From: a virus
Taxonomy: Duplodnaviria > Caudoviricetes
Direction: 5' to 3' (one strand)
IMG/VR virus record: IMGVR_UViG_3300031994_002623
Coordinates: 28,681 to 92,680 of that record
Length of the DNA: 64,000 bases
A model generated the notes under the pieces. That model ran no database searches, had not been told where the DNA came from, and saw only the letters and a program-made list of their open reading frames with translations. Positions within the stretch are counted from its first letter, which is position 1. Each line of letters opens with the position of its first letter. Shown here piece after piece: positions 1-11,206 of this stretch. Both the position numbers and the translations under genes were made by a program.

Positions 1-130
1 CTATAAACCTTATAAAAGAGTATCTAATTTAGGTACTCTTTTTTTATACTCAAACTATTTATAATTAAAATAACAATTAAGCAAGTCCTTACTTGCTTTT
101 CTTAATAATCTATTTAGATAAAATAAAATT

Positions 131-2377
131 ATGGCAAAAGACAGAAGAAAAGTCCAACACATTCATAGTAGTGTGCCAGACAAACAGCCTACACCAGCCT
201 CACTTGAGGTGGGCGAGATTGCGGTTAACAATTCAAAAAACCAGGAATTCCTTTCAATTAAGAACTCAGAAGACAAAGTTGTAAGATTCTCTTCAGATGA
301 ACAAGTAATCACCATAATGGAGAGAAAAGAGGTCATGCCTTACGAGGGACTTGTAAGGGGTGCGGAAGGACCTGGCGGTAGCAAGGATTCTTACAATTCT
401 TATGGTATCACAGAGGGAGACCTTAAGACTAACAAATCAAATCTTATCATTAAGCTTAACCAGGTAGCAGCAGGTAATACAACCAAGCATGACAAGGTTA
501 ATGGTGCAAAGGATATATATAACAACCTAGTTAATCCAACTACTGATGGTGGACTTAACGACGGTGCAGGTTTCGCCATTGACATGTCACGTTATGCTAT
601 GAATGGTGCAAACCCTTCATTCAGTTCTGTAACCACAACATGTCATACTGAGCTTAACGGTAGAACTGAGATACTTGGTGGCAATGGTACAACAGGAGAC
701 TGTAGGAGTTACTTGAAGATTGACGTATTAACAGCCGACACCAAGGTAGGTAGTGCAAAAACTGGCATCAGTACGGCAACTACAGTGATTGGTACTAATG
801 ACACCACGATAAGTGGTAATACAACATTAAATGTTAGTGGTACTACAACTGAGAATCATTTACAGGATGTAACTATTAATAATAGTCAGAATTATACCAC
901 TCTTACAAGTGGTAACACCGTAATACATTCAAATGGTGCTGTTGGTATTAGTGCAAAGGAAGATATTACAGCAGTATCAACAGAGAATAATGTATATATC
1001 ACAGCAAATAAAAATCTTTGTGCAAGTGCTGGTGATAATGCAACTCTTTATGGTGAAGATGTAACTAACGTAGGTACAAACTGTAACGGCACTGGAGCAT
1101 CTACAAACACTAATATCAGTGGTAGCACAATTGGTATTGGCGGTGATACTCTTATTGAGACAATCAACCAAAACAGTACGGTTAATGTTGGTGGCAATTA
1201 CATAACCAATGTTACTGGAAACACGCAGATGTTCTCTACTGGAAAGACTTGTATTAATTCTAGTGATAATTTGAATATCGGTAGTGATGCTAATACTAAT
1301 GTCGGTGTTAATTGTGAAGGTAATGTTTACTCAAACAACGTAAATATCAGTGCAACCTCATCAATCAATGAAAGTGCTACAACTGTTAATGTTAAGGGTT
1401 CTAGTACCATTAATATTGAAGCACCAACAACCAACGTTACAGGTAATACAACTCTAAATCTTAAAGGAAACACTGTAAATGTATCAGCCAATACGTATTC
1501 TTCATATACAACAAGCAAGACTTGTATACTTGCAAACACTGATTTGAATATGGGTGGTAACACAAATACCAGAATTGGTACTGACTGTAACGGTAGTGTA
1601 TATTCAGATAATACTTTTATTGATGCAAGTAGTAGTGTGACAATAAATGCACCTGTAACAAATATTACTGGTGATACTAACATCAGTGGTGATACCATAA
1701 TAGAGGGTGACACTATCATTGATGGTAAATTGATTATATCTGGAACAGGTTTGAGCACAAAGCTTAGTTGGACATATGACAATGTATGTAATGCAACTGG
1801 CGATAGCACTAATTTCAAAACTGATAAGTCATTTAAGATTCCAAGCTCAGTAGCTCACATAAAGCGTGAAACTTTATCATGGTCATATGGTAGTGTTAGC
1901 GACAAAACAGCAGGAGCTTATGACCCAGGTAGCAACACTTCATCAAACTGTACACAGAATAGTAATACTAGCAAGATTACAATACCAAAGAGTATTGACC
2001 ATCTTGACGAGTGGAATGGAACTTGCTTTATGATTCCTCACAACCTTTGTGTTAGTGGAACAGTGACATCTACTGGTGGTATGTATACTTCTTCAGATGA
2101 AGTTCTTAAGGATGACATACATTATATAAGAGGCGAGGAGATTTCAAGAGCTAGGAAGGTTGAACTTAAGTCATTCTATTATAAGAGCGACCCTTCTAAG
2201 AGAAAAGTATATGGTGTTATAGCACAGGATTTGGAACGTCTTGGACTTGAGGAACTTGTACACCATGATGAAAATGGTATAAGGTCAGTTGACTATACTG
2301 GTCTTCTTCTGCTTAAGATTGCAGCACTTGAAAAGGAGATTTCAATACTCAAGAACAAATTTGATGAACAAAAATAA
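131..2377 (+). CDS. Tail fibre/spike protein with C-terminal intramolecular chaperone (peptidase S74-like)
   Basis: Thr/Asn/Gly-rich beta-repeat body; C-terminal SD..LK.DI, YGVIAQ and VDY..L motifs followed by a coiled coil. Confidence 0.8.
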   Translation: MAKDRRKVQHIHSSVPDKQPTPASLEVGEIAVNNSKNQEFLSIKNSEDKVVRFSSDEQVITIMERKEVMPYEGLVRGAEGPGGSKDSYNSYGITEGDLKTNKSNLIIKLNQVAAGNTTKHDKVNGAKDIYNNLVNPTTDGGLNDGAGFAIDMSRYAMNGANPSFSSVTTTCHTELNGRTEILGGNGTTGDCRSYLKIDVLTADTKVGSAKTGISTATTVIGTNDTTISGNTTLNVSGTTTENHLQDVTINNSQNYTTLTSGNTVIHSNGAVGISAKEDITAVSTENNVYITANKNLCASAGDNATLYGEDVTNVGTNCNGTGASTNTNISGSTIGIGGDTLIETINQNSTVNVGGNYITNVTGNTQMFSTGKTCINSSDNLNIGSDANTNVGVNCEGNVYSNNVNISATSSINESATTVNVKGSSTINIEAPTTNVTGNTTLNLKGNTVNVSANTYSSYTTSKTCILANTDLNMGGNTNTRIGTDCNGSVYSDNTFIDASSSVTINAPVTNITGDTNISGDTIIEGDTIIDGKLIISGTGLSTKLSWTYDNVCNATGDSTNFKTDKSFKIPSSVAHIKRETLSWSYGSVSDKTAGAYDPGSNTSSNCTQNSNTSKITIPKSIDHLDEWNGTCFMIPHNLCVSGTVTSTGGMYTSSDEVLKDDIHYIRGEEISRARKVELKSFYYKSDPSKRKVYGVIAQDLERLGLEELVHHDENGIRSVDYTGLLLLKIAALEKEISILKNKFDEQK

Positions 2378-2441
2378 ATAAAATAATAATGAGTCACATG
2401 GTTTTCTGTGTGGCTCTTACCAAAAAACTGAAATAAATAAA

Positions 2442-5400
2442 ATGAATTGTGAACCTTGTAATTCCCTTGAGATAACATGTAATCATAATGTTACAATTGG
2501 TTATCTTAAAGAGTTGGTGGCAGCTATTCCAGGAGCATGTTGTACAAGAATAACTGTTACTGGTAATGATTCATACTGCCCTACATATGGTGAGCTAACG
2601 GGTGGAACTCTAATTCCTAACTTCAGTGATGGTGGTAATTATGCTTGGTCAAATAACGTCGATGGTATTGTAGTAAGTCCTGGCTATTCTAACAACCAAT
2701 GTGTTGCAAAGAAAGACTTGAAACTGATATATACAGCGTTTGAGAGCCTTGTTGTATCAAATCCCTCTCCTATCGTATCAGAATGTGGAGGGTCAACAAC
2801 TACAACAAAGACACTCACCTTTAGAAAATATACTAAAGAATGCGATAAGGCTGTTACCTCTACAACACAAGTGGATACAACACTTAGAGTTACTTGGAGT
2901 GGAACGGATGGCAGTAATACTGGAACAAAGTCATACCCAATAAATAATAGCTTTACTGACACGCATCCATCTACTGTTTATTGCACAATTAACTGGAGGG
3001 GGTGTTCATATACCTCCAATTCTATAACAGTAAGCCAGAAAATAAGAGCGTTTAGCCATTATGATGACTATTCAAGGTCTAGTGGACAAAGTGTTGATGT
3101 ATCATGCTATCCATATAGCTTCGACTGTAAAGGTGGTACTTCAGAGGCAACTGCAACGTATTACTACACAACGTGGACTGAAAGGCATCATATTGACACA
3201 TGTAACAGGGATTATTACCAAGAAAATGTTAGCATAATAAGGGATAACACACTTGATGTTAGTAACTACCTTAATGCAACATCTTATACATATGAATGCC
3301 AGGTAACAACTGCTGATGAAAGTAGATTTACTTTCGAAGCAACATATGATGGTTTATATGGTAGTGATTCTTGTTGGCAAGTATGCTCTCAGTGTGCAGA
3401 TTGTCCTCCAAAACCATTCTCATCATATACAGATGTTGAGGTAGCTTGTAGCTCTCTTTCTGCAAGAGTAATAGTAAGTGCGTATACATTCAGTGGAGGT
3501 GAACTAGACGGTAGTGGTAACTGTACTGGATGGACATCCGCAGCAACAGATGCATCATATACAAGGGCGTGGACTTGTGATACTGACGGAGGATGGATAG
3601 ATGAACATATATATGTTACTGGAGCACCTTGTTGTCCAATAACTAGCGCATATACATATGATGATGTGACAATTCCTTGTGAAGCATCTAATAGTAAGAC
3701 AGTATCTGTTGGATGGACTTGTGAGGTACATAATGCTGACGGTTCAATAACTTATATAAGTGATACAAATCCTAATACTCCAATACCAGCTGTTGCATGT
3801 AACCCTACTACATCTACCAAAGAGATTCAATCAAGAATAGTTGCAGAGACACTTGAGCTTTCAAGACCTTTAGTTACACAGTTAGCTGGTCCTTGCTGCC
3901 CAGAAAGTGATACATTCAAATATGATGATGTGACTGTATCTTGTTCTGGAATACCTGCAACAACTATGAGTGTTGGATACACACAGTATCATATTGGACC
4001 TGATGGTAGCGAAACTGTTACAACCCATACTAACAATGTATCAATATCAGCTGTTGCATGTAATACATCCTCAACAACAATCATACTTCAGACAAATGAG
4101 AGTGGAACAACATTAGCTTCTGCAAGACCTGGTATAACACAAGAAGCAGGACCTTGTTGTCCAACAGGCGATACATTCAAATATGATGATATAACAATAC
4201 CTTGTTCTGGAACTCCAGCAACAACCCAAAGCGTCGGTTATACACGCTATCATTTGAATGCTGACGGAACAACAACTACAACAACTGGAACAAATCCTAA
4301 TACACCAATACCAGCTGTTACTTGTAACTCAGAGTCAACAACTGTAACTGTACAGACAAATCAGAGTGGAACAACTTTAGATTCAGCAAAACCTGGTATA
4401 ACACAGGCAGCAGGACCTTGTTGTTGTAACTGTGACAATTTGATAGTATGTGATAGTTATGAAGTAGGCTCAACTGGTGCTTTGAATGTACAGGTTGGAT
4501 ACTTCAATGCAGATACCTGTGTCACTGGACTTACAGTAACTTCATCAGAGAACTGGTTGCGTGGACTATCTGCAAATGCTAATGGTACAATAACTGGCTC
4601 TTATGATGATAACCCATCACCAAATCCAGAGAGGACAACAACTGTTACTGTTACAGGAAGTGATGGCACTAGAACTTGTACTAAGCAATATACGTTGAAA
4701 CAATTCGCAACAACGTGCGAAACTGATAGTTGTACTTGCTATGTTGTTTCAAATGCAACTGGTAGTACTAATTCAACAGCAACATCAACAAGTGTAACTT
4801 GGTCTTATACAGCAATAACTTGGACAACAGCTTCAACATGTGCGGTTTCAAGTTCAAAAACTGAAGGAACAAGTAGTACAACAGTTACATTTGCAGCAGC
4901 AACATGTAATAACTACACAAAGAATGGAAGCTTTGTATGGACAGGACATAAGTCTTGCGTAACTAGTGGCTGTAGTTCTAACGATATAACTGTTAATTGG
5001 AGTGTAGCACAGCAAAGACCAGCAGACTGTGATTGTGATTGCAGTGCATTGACTTTTAGTGAAGAAAGCTTATCTTGGACTTGGGATTTAACAACCCCTA
5101 AAACTGTGACTGCAACATCTTCACCATCTAATTGTGTAACCAACATGACATTTGGTAATCTTAATAATTTCACTGTTGAAGGTGAAGACGATAAGATAAT
5201 AATAACACCAAACGGTAGAAACACAACAAATTCAGTCATAACTGAAATATTGACTGTTTCATTTACATCTGGTACACATACAGATTGTACGAAGGTAATC
5301 AATTTGTCACAAACTGCTCCACCTTGTCAGTCAGCAAGCTGTATTTGCTATGCAATCACTAATTCTAGTACAAGTAGTACTGAATCCATTACATGTGATT

Positions 5401-5693
5401 CCACTGCGGTTACTTTGTCATGGAATTACGAAGAGCGTAGGATAACTAGTGGATATGATTGTTCTGTTTCATCACAGGTTATAAATACTGGAAGTGAAAG
5501 CGTTAGAGTTACATTTAGCCCTAATACAAATGGAACTTCATCTGTAACTAGAAATGGTAGCTATACATGGACTGGACATAATAAGTGTGGAAACAACTCA
5601 TGCACATCAGAGACAATAACAATACCTTGGTCTGTGACGCTTCCTCCATGTGGATGCGACTGTAGTGACATTAGACTAACTAAGGAAAGCTAA
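2442..5693 (+). CDS. Cys/Thr-rich virion surface/adhesin protein with internal repeats and a BACON-like domain
   Basis: 1083 aa; three G[A]PCCP..YDD.T..C repeats; SSENWL...N....RTTTVTV BACON-like segment. Confidence 0.6.
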   Translation: MNCEPCNSLEITCNHNVTIGYLKELVAAIPGACCTRITVTGNDSYCPTYGELTGGTLIPNFSDGGNYAWSNNVDGIVVSPGYSNNQCVAKKDLKLIYTAFESLVVSNPSPIVSECGGSTTTTKTLTFRKYTKECDKAVTSTTQVDTTLRVTWSGTDGSNTGTKSYPINNSFTDTHPSTVYCTINWRGCSYTSNSITVSQKIRAFSHYDDYSRSSGQSVDVSCYPYSFDCKGGTSEATATYYYTTWTERHHIDTCNRDYYQENVSIIRDNTLDVSNYLNATSYTYECQVTTADESRFTFEATYDGLYGSDSCWQVCSQCADCPPKPFSSYTDVEVACSSLSARVIVSAYTFSGGELDGSGNCTGWTSAATDASYTRAWTCDTDGGWIDEHIYVTGAPCCPITSAYTYDDVTIPCEASNSKTVSVGWTCEVHNADGSITYISDTNPNTPIPAVACNPTTSTKEIQSRIVAETLELSRPLVTQLAGPCCPESDTFKYDDVTVSCSGIPATTMSVGYTQYHIGPDGSETVTTHTNNVSISAVACNTSSTTIILQTNESGTTLASARPGITQEAGPCCPTGDTFKYDDITIPCSGTPATTQSVGYTRYHLNADGTTTTTTGTNPNTPIPAVTCNSESTTVTVQTNQSGTTLDSAKPGITQAAGPCCCNCDNLIVCDSYEVGSTGALNVQVGYFNADTCVTGLTVTSSENWLRGLSANANGTITGSYDDNPSPNPERTTTVTVTGSDGTRTCTKQYTLKQFATTCETDSCTCYVVSNATGSTNSTATSTSVTWSYTAITWTTASTCAVSSSKTEGTSSTTVTFAAATCNNYTKNGSFVWTGHKSCVTSGCSSNDITVNWSVAQQRPADCDCDCSALTFSEESLSWTWDLTTPKTVTATSSPSNCVTNMTFGNLNNFTVEGEDDKIIITPNGRNTTNSVITEILTVSFTSGTHTDCTKVINLSQTAPPCQSASCICYAITNSSTSSTESITCDSTAVTLSWNYEERRITSGYDCSVSSQVINTGSESVRVTFSPNTNGTSSVTRNGSYTWTGHNKCGNNSCTSETITIPWSVTLPPCGCDCSDIRLTKES

Positions 5694-5754
5694 TAACAAA
5701 AAGAAAGTAGCTTGCGTGGCTACTTTCTTTTAACTGAATTAATAATATATAAAC

Positions 5755-8700
5755 ATGATAAATGTAGATTTTACGACTAACTCTGGGGAAACTATATATA
5801 GTTATTCTTGGCAGAATTGCGGTGGTAATAAAAACGTTAATTTTGAACTTGAAAACCCTAGTTATACGTGGTGTACGGTTACACACACACCAGAGAATTC
5901 TAAGGTTAAGATTCATGCAGATGCAGTTCCAGAAAGGCAAAGAGACCCTAGGAGTGCTAAGGTGTTAATGAAAGTGAACGATGTAACATGTGATGAGTAC
6001 TTTTATGTCTCACAACCAGGACAACCATGTCACTGTTCAGCGTTTATTCCAATCGAGATTGGAGCTACATTTCCTTCATCTGGTGCTGCCGTAGGAACTG
6101 TTATAGGTTCATATTATAATGATACTACTTGCGACGCTAGCAAGATAACAATTACTGGTGACCTTCAAGCTGAAGCTGTTGGAGGACAAATAAAACTAAC
6201 ATCAGCAGTTGGTGCTTATAATGATGGTAGAACCTTTAATGTTATTTTCAATTATGATGGGTCTGAATGTACTAGAGGTACTTGTACCCAAAGTGCTGCT
6301 TCATGCCGTTGTACAACAATAACAGCAACGCCTTATACATTTGCAGCACCAGACACCTGTGGTGACATTAGACCAGTAACAGTATTAACAATTGATGGCT
6401 GTTGTTCAATTGTAACGGGAATAACTGGAACTGATAGTGATAAGTTTACCATAACAACCGCTACTTCTGGTGATTATAAAGTGGTTAAAGCGTGTCCTAG
6501 TTCAACAAATATTAGCACAAGTACCGATAGAAGAGCTACCGTATCGGTAACAGCTACTTGTGGAAATGATACTTGTTCTAGCTCAACAACTCTAACACAG
6601 GAGCATTCTGGATGTACCCCTAGTGAATGCACATGTTATACAGTATCTAACGCTAGTGTAGTTGATGGGTCAAATTTGACTTGTGAATCAACATCAGCAA
6701 CTGTTAGATGGAACTTTACTGGATATACTATAACTAAGAATGCAGATTGTACCACAGCAAAGACTCAAGTAGTCCAGTCTTATCAAGATGGAACAGTTAA
6801 CTTTTTGCCTAATACTGGAGGAGAAACTTCTGTAACAAGGAGCGGAGAAACTGAATGGTATAACCACTTAGCTTGTATTGGTAACACATGTGGGCAGTCT
6901 AATGTAAAAGTACCTTGGACTGTAGAATTACCAGCGTGTTCTAGTTGCGATTGTAACTGTTGGTATCTTTTAGGTTTTGAAAGATTTATAGAATATTTAC
7001 CAGCATCTGGAGTCACAAGCTCTCAATTGGTGGCTAAATATTATCATTCATTAGAAAAATTCACACCATCGTGTTATAACAGTATCGGATTAGGTAATCC
7101 TTATGTTATCTACCCAAGTGGTCAAGCAGTATCTATTAATTCGCATGTCACTGCTTATACTGGAACATATAATGGTCAGCCAGCAACAGTATTAGAACTA
7201 TGGGTAGATAATTTGGATGCAAATCCAGAAACTAATAAAATAAGAATAATAGATTATCCATTTAATATAGGTGGAAACTATTGTATCTCATTTACACTAC
7301 AACAAGAAGGAGCTGAAATTCAATGTACGTGTGAATACTTTGTTGAGTCTGGTTTAATTAGACCAATAAAAACAAAGATTCCAAATGCTGGTACTAGTGG
7401 ACAACTTGTTGAAATAGCTAGTGGTAATACGCATGGATGCGGAACTTTGGTTGGATACATAAACGCAACTACTATGATAGATAGTTTCTCAGCTCATACA
7501 ATAGAAAAAACAGAACGGATTGATGGTAAAGATGTAGTTGTAGACACTGACTACCATTGGTGGGCATCATTCACTGAAAATGATAGCCAAGGAGGTGTTC
7601 TAAGAACTTGTGCTCTTTCATTCCTATATTATGACAATGATAATGTTCTACAACCATGTAATCAAGATATTATAATAATGCAAAATCAAAACATATGCAC
7701 GTGTCCAAGTATAATATCAATAGATTCTACTTATGATATAGATGGAAAGGAACACGGAATTGGTATTCCAGAAACAGCCTATACTAGAAGAGCTACTTTA
7801 TCAACAAGCGATGGATATATGTGCCAGTTTGTTTTGGCAGAATCTGATTCTTCATGGTGTACTGCATATACTTCCTTTGAAAGGGATGAATATGGAAGTA
7901 GTGATTCTGGTGATTTATACATTGAGATAAAAACCACTCCAAACTTTAGCACCCAAACTAGAACTGCAAGAATTACTTATTTTGGAATTTCTAGTCCGCA
8001 AAATGGTAGTGGAAACCTTGTAATTAGACCTTATGAACGATATACTAAATCAGATGTGGATGCTATATGTACTTATGAAACATGTAAAAATGCAGGAACT
8101 GTAACAGTAAATCAAGCTCCATTTGGTCCTTGTAACTGTACCACTTCTGAATTTGAAGTATATTCCTCTGCTAGGACAGTTAATTATGATGACACAAGTT
8201 GGACATTCACATTCAGCAAGAACATATGCGGAGAAGCAACATACACATATCAATTTGTGGATGAAAATGGCAATTCAATTCAAATGTCAGACACCTTTGT
8301 AACTGGTGTTACCTTTAACACAACTTCATATAGTGATAGGATAGAGCTTACTTTAGAATTCGATTATAATGGAACTAGTGACCAAGATACAACGGCTAGA
8401 GAGGTATATGTTGTTGTTGTAATGACATTACATGATGATGTATATGGTGAAATTTATGTTTGTGAAAATAGGGTTATATTGACACAAAATGGTACTTGTA
8501 CGTGTGATAGAATGATTGTGGCTAATGGTTATATTTCAGTTGGTGACTCTATGCATGATGATTATGAGGTTAAATTAGCAGTTGTCGGTAAATGTGGCAT
8601 TATTGACAGTTCAGACATTTCATTTAGTTTTGACCAATATTATGATTGGATTTCACTTAACGGTTTATATGAGAGAGATGGATACATATGGGGTTCATTC

Positions 8701-9522
8701 AATATTTCTAGAAATACAGGTGGATATTCAAGAAGTGCAAGTTTCACCGTTTCAGTTTATGGTACTGACTGTAGCAAACAATGTACTGTAGAACAAGACC
8801 CTAGTGCTTGCTTAAATTGTGCTAAACTGATGAGAAAAATAATGCAAACCACTTCATTACAGTTTACTTGCTGCGAAACAGGTTCAAGTACCAAGACCAC
8901 AATTGCTAGGCTGCCATACGATTGTAGTGATGTTAGCCAGCTTAGTTATTCTATAAATGGCGGAGGTTGGTTGAGTGCTGGAAACGATACCGATGGTAGC
9001 GTATGGGTTATGATTGATAATGAAAACTCTTCTACTAGCGAAAGATATGATGATGTTAGAATTACTCCATTAGATTCAAACGGTCAACAAGTGATTAGTG
9101 ACTGTTATGTTAATTGCAGGGTTTACCAATCTGGAACTAATCCTCCAACTTGTAATTGTATGTCAGTAACAGATGATGATAGTAATCTACATATCACCGC
9201 TGATGAATGGAGTCTTGTTGAAAATGTGTATGTAATACAAGTCCATCGAGAACATCTTGGAACAACAATTCAAATCGGAACTATACAACTTGATGAAGAA
9301 TTACCATCTTGTTTAGAGTATATTGTAACTAATACACAAGAAAGCTATGCTAAATTGTGGTTGAGGAAAGAAGCTCCAAAAAATTACACTATTTTTGCAG
9401 ATTTTGGCAGCAATGCTTGTAATTCAGTAACAAGTGCAATTATTAGGGTTGATAATTCAACTAGTTCTATTAAAGAATGTTGGAATCAAATTATTAAGTT
9501 TAAATTCCCAGATGCATGTTAA
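5755..9522 (+). CDS. Cys-rich BACON-like repeat virion protein
   Basis: 1255 aa; repeated W..../N....R.A.I units ending in Q..C.C; shares a CTCY..W..H..C domain with the upstream gene. Confidence 0.6.
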   Translation: MINVDFTTNSGETIYSYSWQNCGGNKNVNFELENPSYTWCTVTHTPENSKVKIHADAVPERQRDPRSAKVLMKVNDVTCDEYFYVSQPGQPCHCSAFIPIEIGATFPSSGAAVGTVIGSYYNDTTCDASKITITGDLQAEAVGGQIKLTSAVGAYNDGRTFNVIFNYDGSECTRGTCTQSAASCRCTTITATPYTFAAPDTCGDIRPVTVLTIDGCCSIVTGITGTDSDKFTITTATSGDYKVVKACPSSTNISTSTDRRATVSVTATCGNDTCSSSTTLTQEHSGCTPSECTCYTVSNASVVDGSNLTCESTSATVRWNFTGYTITKNADCTTAKTQVVQSYQDGTVNFLPNTGGETSVTRSGETEWYNHLACIGNTCGQSNVKVPWTVELPACSSCDCNCWYLLGFERFIEYLPASGVTSSQLVAKYYHSLEKFTPSCYNSIGLGNPYVIYPSGQAVSINSHVTAYTGTYNGQPATVLELWVDNLDANPETNKIRIIDYPFNIGGNYCISFTLQQEGAEIQCTCEYFVESGLIRPIKTKIPNAGTSGQLVEIASGNTHGCGTLVGYINATTMIDSFSAHTIEKTERIDGKDVVVDTDYHWWASFTENDSQGGVLRTCALSFLYYDNDNVLQPCNQDIIIMQNQNICTCPSIISIDSTYDIDGKEHGIGIPETAYTRRATLSTSDGYMCQFVLAESDSSWCTAYTSFERDEYGSSDSGDLYIEIKTTPNFSTQTRTARITYFGISSPQNGSGNLVIRPYERYTKSDVDAICTYETCKNAGTVTVNQAPFGPCNCTTSEFEVYSSARTVNYDDTSWTFTFSKNICGEATYTYQFVDENGNSIQMSDTFVTGVTFNTTSYSDRIELTLEFDYNGTSDQDTTAREVYVVVVMTLHDDVYGEIYVCENRVILTQNGTCTCDRMIVANGYISVGDSMHDDYEVKLAVVGKCGIIDSSDISFSFDQYYDWISLNGLYERDGYIWGSFNISRNTGGYSRSASFTVSVYGTDCSKQCTVEQDPSACLNCAKLMRKIMQTTSLQFTCCETGSSTKTTIARLPYDCSDVSQLSYSINGGGWLSAGNDTDGSVWVMIDNENSSTSERYDDVRITPLDSNGQQVISDCYVNCRVYQSGTNPPTCNCMSVTDDDSNLHITADEWSLVENVYVIQVHREHLGTTIQIGTIQLDEELPSCLEYIVTNTQESYAKLWLRKEAPKNYTIFADFGSNACNSVTSAIIRVDNSTSSIKECWNQIIKFKFPDAC

Positions 9523-9699
9523 AAAATGGTACTGGAACAGTACAATGTGATTGTGATTCTTTAACTAATGATGGTAATTACTTGCGGTACGGCATCAAGT
9601 AATGTTATTAGACATTACGGCTCACAGACATGTTGGAATCAAACTATTGAGTTTATTGATTTACCTAAGTGCTAATAGAACTAAATCCTATAATATTAA

Positions 9700-9734
9700 A
9701 AGGAGTGACAACAGTGTTGTCGCTCTTTTTTTTT
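9700..9734 (+). terminator. Rho-independent terminator ending the structural-gene block
   Basis: GGAGTGACAAC/GTTGTCGCTCT hairpin followed by a T-run. Confidence 0.7.
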
Positions 9735-9765
9735 ATCATTTATTATATATTTTATTAGATAATAT

Positions 9766-9796
9766 TTTGTTTTTTAATATTTTTTATATATCTTTG
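9766..9796 (+). promoter_or_regulatory. Bacteroidetes primary-sigma promoter (representative of 22 copies)
   Basis: TTTG-N19-TATCTTTG. The -7 element recurs at 13955, 17856, 21070, 23502, 25295, 25961, 28024, 29291, 33320, 34168, 37735, 38161, 41573, 45074, 47362, 48152, 49405, 54195, 56662, 60398 and 60727. Confidence 0.85.
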
Positions 9797-9813
9797 CATA
9801 AAATTATTAAATA

Positions 9814-10656
9814 ATGACTATAAAGATAAATGGAGAACCTAAGATAGTAACAGATATTAGGAATAAGATATTAAAGGAATTTGATGGATTAGTATTCATT
9901 GAGGAAGGTCATAAGTATTTTCTAGATGGGGTACAGCTACCATCAGTCTCTGAGGTAACGCACAGGTTCTGTGCTTATCCATTTAATGAAAAGGAGCAGT
10001 CAGAGAGATATGCAGAGACTCATGGTGAGACAGCACAGTACTGGCTTGATAAGTGGAAGTTTACGAACCTTGTGGCAACAACATCTGGTACATTGACCCA
10101 TGAATATGGAGAAGGCCTTGGTTGGCTTAAGAATGGACATCCAGAGTTCCTTCCAGAATCATGTAAGCCAAAGTACGTAAAGGATAAGAACTGGCTAATA
10201 CCTACTAGACCAAAGGAGGAGGCTGTATTGAAGTTCTACAATGAATTGAACGAGAATCTTCATTTTGTGTTGGCTGAGACGAAAGTGTACACTGGAAAGA
10301 ACAAGGAGCTTACTAATCTAAAACAAGATTACTGCGGAACGTTTGATATATTGTTCTACTATAAAGACCCAGAGGATGATTCAAAGAGTGGGTTGTGTAT
10401 ATTCGACTTCAAGACAAATAAGGATTTAAGAAAAGATTTCAGCAGAGAGCATGGAAAAATGTTATTACCACCGTTTACGGATTTCTACGAAGAACCATTA
10501 AGCTACTATACAGCTCAGTTATCATGCTATCAGATACCGCTTGAGGATATAGGTTTAAAGGTGATAGCGAGAAGAATCGTATGGCTTAAAGATGATGGTA
10601 GTTATGAATTAATCGGATTACAGAATGTTACAGATAGATTGAGGAGTGTGTTATGA
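9814..10656 (+). CDS. PD-(D/E)XK nuclease (exonuclease-like)
   Basis: GT..H, E, GTFDIL, DFKT and QLSCYQ motifs. Confidence 0.75.
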   Translation: MTIKINGEPKIVTDIRNKILKEFDGLVFIEEGHKYFLDGVQLPSVSEVTHRFCAYPFNEKEQSERYAETHGETAQYWLDKWKFTNLVATTSGTLTHEYGEGLGWLKNGHPEFLPESCKPKYVKDKNWLIPTRPKEEAVLKFYNELNENLHFVLAETKVYTGKNKELTNLKQDYCGTFDILFYYKDPEDDSKSGLCIFDFKTNKDLRKDFSREHGKMLLPPFTDFYEEPLSYYTAQLSCYQIPLEDIGLKVIARRIVWLKDDGSYELIGLQNVTDRLRSVL

Positions 10657-10804
10657 CAAAGACAAAGAAGATTATCCTGGGAGGCATTGCTGGAATGATG
10701 CTGACCAGTTTTATTTCATCGACGTATTTCTATACGTTTTTTAGAAGAGCTATGAGAAAGCTAGATAATGGTTTCAAGGAGTGGGATTTTAATTTTTGAT
10801 GGTT

Positions 10805-11203
10805 ATGGAATTTGAGAACATTTATATAGAAAAAAGGTGGAGTAAGGAAGTAATAGAGAAGAGGTTGGAAAACCTAAAGAAGATAATACCACCAAGTATT
10901 GTTGATGCGGAAATTACGGTTGCAAAAATTAAGGCTGATGACGAACTTGATGCGTTATATCTTGCATATTACTCTCTGAAGGATAGTTACTGTAAGATTA
11001 AGAGAAAAACATTCGGTATACCAAAGAACGTTAAATATACGCCAAAACGTGTAGCATGGTATAGCAATGACTGGAGTGCTTGCTACGATAATACTGAATA
11101 CTTCTATCCTTCTACAACAGCAACTACAAGTGCCACGATATACACCTACAATGCAAATGACTATTTTAACACATGGGCAACAACAACTATATTAAACAGA
11201 TAA
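10805..11203 (+). CDS. Hypothetical protein
   Basis: ORF in an operon-like array; ATG start chosen. Confidence 0.5.
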   Translation: MEFENIYIEKRWSKEVIEKRLENLKKIIPPSIVDAEITVAKIKADDELDALYLAYYSLKDSYCKIKRKTFGIPKNVKYTPKRVAWYSNDWSACYDNTEYFYPSTTATTSATIYTYNANDYFNTWATTTILNR

Positions 11204-11206
11204 AAC

